Shown here piece after piece: positions 16,971-23,819 of a stretch of DNA of 32,000 nucleotides; the stretch's first letter is position 1, and every line of letters starts with the position of its first letter. The position numbers and the translations under genes are program-made. The DNA is from Minisyncoccota bacterium (GTDB lineage Bacteria; Patescibacteriota; Minisyncoccia; Minisyncoccales; RBG-13-42-11), in assembly GCA_041653495.1 (NCBI GenBank), contig JBAZFF010000002.1:18281-50280 (forward strand), given 5' to 3'. Under the pieces are notes generated by a model. The model was given only the letters and a program-made list of their open reading frames with translations, had not been told where the DNA came from and made no database searches.

Positions 16971-17852
16971 ATGAAAACGAATGAACTTGTAGAACAATAT
17001 CCTTGGCTTGCGAAGATAAACACCGTTGAAGATTACCTTCCGCCAGAATATTACCAACATCTGCTAAAACCATATACCTTTGGAGGAGTGTCAGATCTCT
17101 TATTACTTGAAAAGTTTTTATACAATAAAAAACCTTCAAAAGTACTGGAATTAGGTTGTGGTAGTGGCAGAGCTTCAGGCACTGCGGTTTCGACAATACC
17201 TACCGCAGATTACACTTTTTCAGATCTCAGCAAGAGGATGCTCAAAGCGGCAAGGAAACGCTTGCCAAAAAATTCATCTTTTATTGTTTCTGACGCGGTC
17301 GAATATATGGAAAATACTAAGAACATTTACGACCTTGTATATACACTCTGGAGTTTTTCGCATTCGACGCATCAACATATTCATCGTTTAGGCATAAAAA
17401 AAGCAGGAGATTATATTTCTTCTGTTATTAAAAAGTTTATTCGGAAGAATATTGTCAAAAAGGGATCATTCTTTCTAATGCATTTTGACTCACTCTCGCA
17501 AGAGCAAAGTATCTTAATGAGACAATGGAAGCGAGTATTTCCTGTTTTTGCAAATATCGAAGAACAAAGTCCTTCAAAGCAAATTATAGACAAGACTTTA
17601 TTGGAACTTGATACGAAAGGAGAAATAACGCTATCAATCAATCACTTACAAGGTGACGCAATTCATTATAAGTCAGAAGACGAGGTGTTAGAGACATTTA
17701 TGAATTTCCATCTTGAGACTTATTTCAACAATCTACCACTTACTGAAAGTGTTATTGACGATATAAAGGAACAAATTTCAAAATATCGTAATAAAGACGG
17801 CTCTTATGACATTACTCCAGGGTGTTACGTTTATTCCTTTATAAAAAACTAG
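16971..17852 (+). CDS. Class I SAM-dependent methyltransferase (second, non-identical)
   Basis: Motif I VLELGCGSGRASG, then FSDLSKRMLKAARKRL. I prefer the ATG at 16971 (1 nt after the upstream TAA) to the TTG at 16953 used by the ORF track. Confidence 0.75.
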   Translation: MKTNELVEQYPWLAKINTVEDYLPPEYYQHLLKPYTFGGVSDLLLLEKFLYNKKPSKVLELGCGSGRASGTAVSTIPTADYTFSDLSKRMLKAARKRLPKNSSFIVSDAVEYMENTKNIYDLVYTLWSFSHSTHQHIHRLGIKKAGDYISSVIKKFIRKNIVKKGSFFLMHFDSLSQEQSILMRQWKRVFPVFANIEEQSPSKQIIDKTLLELDTKGEITLSINHLQGDAIHYKSEDEVLETFMNFHLETYFNNLPLTESVIDDIKEQISKYRNKDGSYDITPGCYVYSFIKN

Positions 17853-17862
17853 CAAGCTTACT

Positions 17863-18894
17863 ATGAAAAAACTTCAAAAATTACAAAAAGGAGATAGAGT
17901 AGCAGTGCTGTCGCCATCGTTTGCGGCTCCTGCCATCTTTCCAAAAATATTCGAATTAGGGCTCCAGAGAATTCGAGACGAGTTCGGATTGGAGCCAGTG
18001 GAATATCCGACAACGAGAAAGTTAAACGCAAGCGCCGAGGAGCGTGCTTGCGATCTTATTGCTGCATTTTCTGATCCAGAAATAAAGGCCGTAATTGCAA
18101 GTACTGGCGGAGATGACCAAGTGACCTATATTCACAAAATGTCTCCAAAAGTATTTCTAAAAAATCCTAAGCCGTTTTTGGGCTACAGTGACAATTCACA
18201 CCTCTGTAGCTTCTTATTCCGGCATGGAATTCCTTCTTTTTATGGAGCATGTGTTATGACGCAGTTCGCGATGCAGGGAGAAATGGATAAATACACAGTG
18301 GAAAATATTCATCACGCCCTATTTGATTCGGGTGAATATGAAATCACCGCATCAGACGAATATAATGAAATTGGTCTAAATTGGAAAGATGAGACGCTTC
18401 TTACAACAAAACGAACCTATGAGAAAAACATGGGATGGGTATGGGATGCTCCAATGGATGGTGAGGGTATTTTATGGGGTGGGTGCCTGGAATCAATAGA
18501 TGACATGTTGCGCAACAATGTCCCAATCCCAAGTCTCAAAAAATTTGAAAACATTGTTCTTATGCTTGAAACATCGGAAGAAATACCATCGCATGGATAT
18601 GTGCGGCGAGTAATCCGTGCTTTGGGTGAAAGGGGGGTGTTACTCAATATTCAAGGTATATTAGTGGGAAAACCAAAAGCCTGGGAATTTGACAAACCAT
18701 TTACCAAAGAAGAGCGGATGACGTATACGAAGGGACAACAGGAGGCGATTATTGAAACTGTACGTATATATAACCAGATTGTTCCCATCATTCAAAATAT
18801 AAACTTCGGTCATACCGATCCGCAGGTGCCGATGCCGTATGGAGGAAAATTGCGAATTGAATCAGGTAGTCAAAAAATATTTGCTTCTTTTTAG
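17863..18894 (+). CDS. Peptidase S66 family serine hydrolase (LD-carboxypeptidase LdcA / microcin C7 immunity MccF type)
   Basis: 343 aa. GDRVAVLSPS, IKAVIASTGGDD, nucleophile motif PFLGYSDNSHL, acidic IVLMLETSEE, and NFGHTDPQVPMPYG (His). The length and the long insert between the two lobes resemble MccF-like members rather than ~300-aa LdcA. Confidence 0.85.
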   Translation: MKKLQKLQKGDRVAVLSPSFAAPAIFPKIFELGLQRIRDEFGLEPVEYPTTRKLNASAEERACDLIAAFSDPEIKAVIASTGGDDQVTYIHKMSPKVFLKNPKPFLGYSDNSHLCSFLFRHGIPSFYGACVMTQFAMQGEMDKYTVENIHHALFDSGEYEITASDEYNEIGLNWKDETLLTTKRTYEKNMGWVWDAPMDGEGILWGGCLESIDDMLRNNVPIPSLKKFENIVLMLETSEEIPSHGYVRRVIRALGERGVLLNIQGILVGKPKAWEFDKPFTKEERMTYTKGQQEAIIETVRIYNQIVPIIQNINFGHTDPQVPMPYGGKLRIESGSQKIFASF

Positions 18895-18900
18895 GAAAAA

Positions 18901-18923
18901 CACGAGGCGTGCCCTCGTGTTTT
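18901..18923. terminator. Bidirectional intrinsic terminator between convergent genes
   Basis: CACGAGG (18901..18907) / CCTCGTG (18913..18919), loop CGTGC. AAAAA lies upstream and TTTT downstream. Confidence 0.7.
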
Positions 18924-18944
18924 AATTTCGGTTATTTCCACTTA

Positions 18945-20099
18945 TTATGGCTGGCTGCAGAACAATCTCTGCAACAGTTCCCCGCCAATCACAGACGCGA
19001 CCATAACCTCTTTTCTGTTGTTAAGTAGCTTTGCTGCCCAGTCCATTGCGCCACCATCCGAAAGCTGAATCATGTCACCTTTTTGGTTGCTGGCGAATAT
19101 GTGGAAGCAGAGATGCAGATAATAGCCAAGCCCCGCTTTTCTATTGAAATCAAAGCAGAACCGAACTTGTGGATACATCTCGCGAAGAGGAGCCATGAGA
19201 CGGTGTTCCGTGTTGGTATAATATTCCTTATGATTGGCGATACCAATCCCTTCAAATATGGACGAACATAAATCATCAGCGCATTCAACTTCTTTCGGAA
19301 AAGGAACACGATACTTCTCAAAGAGATCAAATTCATCATTGAGTGAGTTCCGTATTATTTCTTCACGAGGAAGTTTTTGTGCCGCTATTAGCTGTTCGAG
19401 GAATCGAATATCTGAGACTTTGACAGTGATATTGCGTGATTTATAGCCTTCTTTATGTAAGGCAGATATCACATCCAGCAACATTTTTATGTGCATTCGC
19501 ATTGTTGCAGTCGCGAATCTCTCGTCCGATGAGGTTTGTAGTCCACCTGAACATAGAGCGAATATATAGAAATGTTGCATGTAGCCTTTATCCTTATCGA
19601 ATGGCTGGAGTCGCAACACACGCCCCGCAGTGCTCAGATGTACCGCGCTACAGTCCCCCTTAGAAGTTTTTTGTTTTCTTCGAAGCGAGCATTCCAGCGC
19701 CAATTGATTGGTGAAAGCACCGACAACCTCCGAATCATTTATAGTAGAGAGAACATTGTTTTGGCTAACACTACTTAGCACAGAGTTGAGACCAAGTGGT
19801 GCTATGGGAGAAGTCTGTACTGATTCGAATACAGGCCGCACTGTTTCGTGGAAAATCAAAGCATTCTGAAGGAGTTTGTCCTGAGCAATTGGACCGATTC
19901 CGAGAAACTCTTGCCTTCTCTCGTATTCCCGCAGTAATTCGGTAGGTTTTCTGGCCTTCGCTCGATTTTTGAATGCATGGATTAGGATAGGTTTCAGACG
20001 ACGCATCGGTGTCGTTGACAGAATCTCAAGAAGGTTGGGCACACCAAGCTCCTTGGAGATACTTTGAAGCATTTTTTCTTCCGAACTCTTAGGATCCAT
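18945..20099 (-). CDS. Class IIa aaRS-core paralog resembling HisRS/HisZ, no anticodon-binding domain; function unknown
   Basis: The track start (20138) is a TTG. The ATG at 20099..20097 is preceded by a consensus SD, AAGGAGGT, with 4-nt spacing, so I call 384 aa. AGRVLRLQPFDKDKGYMQHFYIFALCSGG resembles HisRS motif 2 (fRyErPq.GR.ReF.Q.g.E.fG). FDFNRKAGLGYYLHLCFHIF...LSDGGAMDWAAKLL...VMVASVIGGELLQRL resembles RGLDYYTG.vFE...GGRYD.L...PAvGFa.G.ERL. This is a motif-pattern match by eye only. Confidence 0.5.
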   Translation of the reverse strand: MDPKSSEEKMLQSISKELGVPNLLEILSTTPMRRLKPILIHAFKNRAKARKPTELLREYERRQEFLGIGPIAQDKLLQNALIFHETVRPVFESVQTSPIAPLGLNSVLSSVSQNNVLSTINDSEVVGAFTNQLALECSLRRKQKTSKGDCSAVHLSTAGRVLRLQPFDKDKGYMQHFYIFALCSGGLQTSSDERFATATMRMHIKMLLDVISALHKEGYKSRNITVKVSDIRFLEQLIAAQKLPREEIIRNSLNDEFDLFEKYRVPFPKEVECADDLCSSIFEGIGIANHKEYYTNTEHRLMAPLREMYPQVRFCFDFNRKAGLGYYLHLCFHIFASNQKGDMIQLSDGGAMDWAAKLLNNRKEVMVASVIGGELLQRLFCSQP

Positions 20100-20355
20100 C
20101 CTTACCTCCTTTTTTAGTATTAAAGAACTGGGCCTCAAAGACCACCTTGAAGATAATATGATTATACTATAATCACGCTTTATTGTATAGAGTAGGCTAA
20201 TTTTGTCCGGGGGAGCTCTGCGGGAGAGAGAAAGACTCGTACTTTATTAGCGACACCATCATACTGGAGAGTCTTATGAAATTTCGCAGGGAACTCTAAT
20301 TGCAGGAACCTATTCAAAGGGCAGGGGGTTAGGAAAATCGTCTTTTATTCCCGCC

Positions 20356-20377
20356 AATCAACTTTTAAAAGTTGATT
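20356..20377. promoter_or_regulatory. Perfect 22-bp palindrome, candidate operator
   Basis: AATCAACTTTTAAAAGTTGATT is identical to its own reverse complement. It lies 45 nt upstream of the ATG at 20423, in the only long (284 bp) non-coding gap of the window. Confidence 0.4.
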
Positions 20378-20422
20378 TTATTTTGCAAAATTATTTCGTT
20401 CTGGTACATTTAGCTATAGACT

Positions 20423-21172
20423 ATGTCAAAATATTACACGCCCCAAAGGCAGAGAGGGATATATGATCCTCGATATGAATTCAAAATATCCCGCTCAAAG
20501 ATAGACTTGTTCATTGATTGTCCGAGATGCTTTTATATTGATCTAAAATACGGAATCGCCCGCCCTCCCGGGTTCCCGTTCTCTTTAAACAACGCAGTGG
20601 ACACTTTATTGAAAAAAGAATTTGATTTTCACAGGGCGAACGGCACGAATCATCCGCTAATTGAGAAATACGGAATAGACGCCCGCCCGGCTCTCCATAA
20701 GAATCTGGAGCAGTGGAGAAATACGTTTACGGGAGTGCAGTATTTGCACAAGCCAACCAACTTTTTAGTTTTCGGAGCCATAGATGACTTATGGCAGGAT
20801 TCCAAAGGGAACTATATAGTAGTGGACTACAAGGCTACTTCCAAGAACGGAGAGATAAAAGAACTGAACGAAGAATGGCATAAGGGATATAAAAGGCAGA
20901 TGGAAATATACCAGTGGCTGTTGAGGCAGAACGGCTGCCAAGTCTCAGATACGGGATATTTCGTTTATTGCAACGGGAAGTCCGACTTGAATGCTTTTGA
21001 CGCAAAACTTGAATTTGATATAACCTTGATCCCCTATAAGGGGGATGATTCGTGGGTCGAGAAGACTATTTTAGACATACATAAGTGTTTGAATTCAGAC
21101 GCAATCCCAGAAGGGAACCCGGATTGCGATTACTGCAGATATATTCAAACTCTTAATTCCAAGGTAAAGTAA
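20423..21172 (+). CDS. PD-(D/E)XK nuclease, Cas4/RecB-like with four-Cys cluster
   Basis: 249 aa. N-terminal CPRCFY, nuclease core AIDDLW...YIVVDYKATSK, QMEIYQWLL (QxxxY), and C-terminal CDYCRY. Confidence 0.7.
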   Translation: MSKYYTPQRQRGIYDPRYEFKISRSKIDLFIDCPRCFYIDLKYGIARPPGFPFSLNNAVDTLLKKEFDFHRANGTNHPLIEKYGIDARPALHKNLEQWRNTFTGVQYLHKPTNFLVFGAIDDLWQDSKGNYIVVDYKATSKNGEIKELNEEWHKGYKRQMEIYQWLLRQNGCQVSDTGYFVYCNGKSDLNAFDAKLEFDITLIPYKGDDSWVEKTILDIHKCLNSDAIPEGNPDCDYCRYIQTLNSKVK

Positions 21173-21176
21173 TATA

Positions 21177-23753
21177 ATGATTATTGCCTTAAGTTGGGTT
21201 CTTGTAAGTTATGCCTTAGGATCCATACCTTTCGGCTATTTAATTTCCAGGGCTTTCGGAAAGGATATTCTTGAAGTTGGGTGGAAAAAGACATCCGGGT
21301 CTAATGTCTATAAGAATGTTGGAAAGGCTCAGGGAGTGCTTACTGGCCTCTTGGACATAGGGAAGGGATATTTGGCAGTATGGCTGGCCAAGCAGCTTGG
21401 ACTGTCTTTGGAATTCCAGATTTTGGCCGGGACAGCAGCCGTAGTGGGCCATAACTGGTCCCTCTTTTTGAAATTTTCAGGAGGAAGGGGAATCGGGACA
21501 TTCGCCGGAGCCCTTCTGGTCTTTTCTCCTATCTTATTCGGGTTGGCTGTCCTCATCATGCTTCTGTTTGCGTTCGTCTGGAGTTCTGCCATAGCCACTC
21601 TATTGCTTTTCGCATCCCTGATATTCTTTTTCTTCAACCCTCCGGCATTTCTGACGGTTTCCGAAGCTCAGTCGGCGGGATTTCTGGCGTTTTGTTGCCT
21701 TCCTTTCATCTTACTGAAAAGATTAAGTCCGATAAGCGCATTATTCGGGAATCCGAGAAGAGGGTTTTTGATTTTCTCCAGGTTGGTTTTTGACGACGAC
21801 AGAATAGTGGGCTTCAAATCCGACGAGGCAGAAAAGTTAATCAAGCCGATAACTATTACTTCTAAAATAGGCTGGGCGGTGGCCAAGTACGGGGCGAAGA
21901 TTACCAAGAGCGGGATCATAGCTGCGAAAAAAGGAGTGGAAAAGTACGTCTTGGGGGAGGACGAAATAGTTGTCACAGAACTCAGGGTTGAAGACTTCAA
22001 GAAAATGATGATAACTGCGGCAAAAAAAATAGTGATCCATCAGGAAGAGATAAACAAGATAAACGTCTTCCCTGTCGCAGACAAGGACACGGGATACAAT
22101 ATGGCAGCCACCCTTTTGGGAGTGGAAGGAGCGGTATCTAGAAGGAATTATTCCAATTTCAGGGAATTGACAGAAGATATGAAGGATGCGGCTATGATAA
22201 ACGCCAGGGGGAATGCGGGGATGATAACGACCGGCTATTTCGTGGAGGTTTTAGACAGAGTGAAACATTTAGAGACTATAGACGCTTTCCACTTGGCCCT
22301 GGCCATGCAGAGAGGGATCAAAGCCGCCAGGTCTTCAATCGCGGTTCCCGTTGATGGGACTATTTTAGACACAATCAGGGCGGCCGGAGAGAAAGCCTTT
22401 GAAATGGCAAAGGAGGGAAAAGAAAAGAACATAGTAAAAGTTTTGGAAGGAGCTTTAGCGGAGGCGAAGCACGCCTTGGAAACGACTCCTGAAAGGCTCC
22501 CGGTCTTGAAAGAGAATAACGTAGTAGATGCTGGCGGCATGGGATACGTAAAGATTCTGGAGGCCTGGGTAGACAGCCTAAAAGGAGTGGAATTGGACGC
22601 TCCGAATGGAAATAGTTCTTTTATCCAGCCGCAGGCGGAAGAAAAACTGGCATTCAGGTACGAAATAGTCGCAATGTTCAAGAAACCGGAAGATTTTGAC
22701 CCCGAAAAATTCAGGAAAGAGATTTCTTCATTGGGAGACAGTTTTGAAATGCTGGATGTTAATGAAAAAGTCAAATTTCACATTCATTGCAACGATACGA
22801 AATTAGTCTTGGATAAGATAAAGGGCTGTCCGGATTTAGACTGCAGGACGGAGGATATGCAGAAAGAAGAAAAGAAAGCGGCCAAGAAGCCTCTGGGCCT
22901 GGTCGTCGGCGAAACCGCAAATCTTCCAAAGCTATATATGAAAGAAAGAGAAATAGAAGAGGTGCCGTTCTTCTCCAGGTTTCCCAGCGGTGAAATAATA
23001 CACAAGAGGGAAGAGATCTTCCCGAGAATGAGGGAGGCTTTAGCAGAGGGAAAGCCCCTGCCCACGACTTCCGCCCCGTCATTCAAGGATTTTTTGGAAG
23101 CTTATGGAAAATCTTTGGAAAGATTTGAAAACATTTTAGTGATAACTCCTTCCTCAAAACTTTCCGGCACTTACAGTTCCGCCCGAATAGCCAGGTCCAC
23201 TTATAAGAAACCGCAAAAGACACATATATATGTGTTTGACTCCTTTGCCGTAGAAGTTGGAGAGGGGCTGATAGCAATGAAAGCCCAGGAGCTGATAGAC
23301 CGGGGAAAGAGCATGGAGGAGGTTGTAAAAGAGCTGGAGTCCTTCGCCCCGAAGATCTCTTTGGTGGCTTTGCTGGAAGACGTAAGATATATAGCGAAAG
23401 GAGGAAGGTTCCATCTGCCCGGTCTGGCTCTGTCTTTGGTCCTTTCCCTCCAGAAATTAGGATTGAGGATTTTAATAAAATTGAGAGACGGGGAAATAAA
23501 ACCAGCGGGAGCTTTCTTTGGCAAAGATATGGCAGAAACGATCTTTAGGGCTGTTGTGGGTGCCGTCGGGAAAAAGAAAGTGAAAGTGGCTATCGGCCAT
23601 GCCGATAATTTGAAGGCGGCGGAGAAGTTGAAAGAGCTGACTGAGAAAAACTTGAACGCAGAAGTTGTGTTCATCTCCGGAGTGTCGGCTGCGATCGGGA
23701 ACCACTCCGGTCCCGGGACTTTGATATTCTCCTTTTACGAAGTTGACAAGTAG
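21177..23753 (+). CDS. plsY: Triple fusion: PlsY acyl-phosphate:glycerol-3-phosphate acyltransferase + FakA-type Dak2 (DhaL-like) kinase module + DegV (FakB-type) fatty-acid-binding domain
   Basis: 858 aa in one uninterrupted frame. aa 1-200: YALGSIPFGYLISR, LDIGKGYLAV and VVGHNWSLFLKFSGGRGIGT (PlsY pattern, ~6-7 TM). aa ~270-470: INVFPVADKDTGYNMAATL, ARGNAGMITTGYF, PVDGTILDT and NVVDAGGMGYV (Dak2/YloV pattern). aa ~480-560: FRYEIVAMF...LGDSFEMLDVNEKVKFHIHCND (FakA middle domain pattern). aa ~590-858: LGLVVGETANLP, TTSAPS, ILVITPSSKLSGTYSSARIA, YIAKGGRF and IGNHSGPGTLIFSF (DegV pattern). Confidence 0.85.
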   Translation: MIIALSWVLVSYALGSIPFGYLISRAFGKDILEVGWKKTSGSNVYKNVGKAQGVLTGLLDIGKGYLAVWLAKQLGLSLEFQILAGTAAVVGHNWSLFLKFSGGRGIGTFAGALLVFSPILFGLAVLIMLLFAFVWSSAIATLLLFASLIFFFFNPPAFLTVSEAQSAGFLAFCCLPFILLKRLSPISALFGNPRRGFLIFSRLVFDDDRIVGFKSDEAEKLIKPITITSKIGWAVAKYGAKITKSGIIAAKKGVEKYVLGEDEIVVTELRVEDFKKMMITAAKKIVIHQEEINKINVFPVADKDTGYNMAATLLGVEGAVSRRNYSNFRELTEDMKDAAMINARGNAGMITTGYFVEVLDRVKHLETIDAFHLALAMQRGIKAARSSIAVPVDGTILDTIRAAGEKAFEMAKEGKEKNIVKVLEGALAEAKHALETTPERLPVLKENNVVDAGGMGYVKILEAWVDSLKGVELDAPNGNSSFIQPQAEEKLAFRYEIVAMFKKPEDFDPEKFRKEISSLGDSFEMLDVNEKVKFHIHCNDTKLVLDKIKGCPDLDCRTEDMQKEEKKAAKKPLGLVVGETANLPKLYMKEREIEEVPFFSRFPSGEIIHKREEIFPRMREALAEGKPLPTTSAPSFKDFLEAYGKSLERFENILVITPSSKLSGTYSSARIARSTYKKPQKTHIYVFDSFAVEVGEGLIAMKAQELIDRGKSMEEVVKELESFAPKISLVALLEDVRYIAKGGRFHLPGLALSLVLSLQKLGLRILIKLRDGEIKPAGAFFGKDMAETIFRAVVGAVGKKKVKVAIGHADNLKAAEKLKELTEKNLNAEVVFISGVSAAIGNHSGPGTLIFSFYEVDK

Positions 23754-23777
23754 GCATTCTTTGTTAGAATAAAGGCA

Positions 23778-23802
23778 GTCCGCGTTGTTGCGGGCATTTT
23801 TT
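23778..23802 (+). terminator. Intrinsic terminator
   Basis: GTCCGC (23778..23783) / GCGGGC (23790..23795), followed by ATTTTTT. Confidence 0.6.
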
Positions 23803-23819
23803 AAAAATAAGAAAAATAT

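Noticed and set aside
20100-20160. T-box leader for the HisRS-like gene (AAGGUGGUC in the minus-strand leader resembles the GGGUGGUACC T-box core)
   Set aside because: Only about 7 nt match. The predicted leader from the nearest -10 box is ~55 nt, far too short for stem I/specifier/antiterminator architecture. No terminator or SD-sequestering helix was found.
20214-20297. Possible structured RNA/riboswitch. The evidence is nested 7-bp helices (20216..20222 with 20285..20291; 20032+... read as 20232..20238 with 20269..20275). There are also GGAGAG strings resembling a glycine riboswitch and, on the minus strand, GAUGGUGUCGCUAAUAAAG resembling the fluoride (crcB) motif.
   Set aside because: - Chance 7-mer complementarities are expected a few times in 284 nt.
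- The glycine-riboswitch core (CACCGAAGGGGCAA, CUCAGGCAAAAGGAC) is absent.
- The fluoride-motif P1 pairing partner is absent.
- The gene context (no gcv or crcB genes) does not fit.
20330-20360. att-like repeat of the tRNA-Ala 3' end (ATTCCCGCCA versus ATTCCGCCCA) at the right island border
   Set aside because: It is only a ~10-nt imperfect match with two mismatches and no flanking integrase, so it is indistinguishable from chance.
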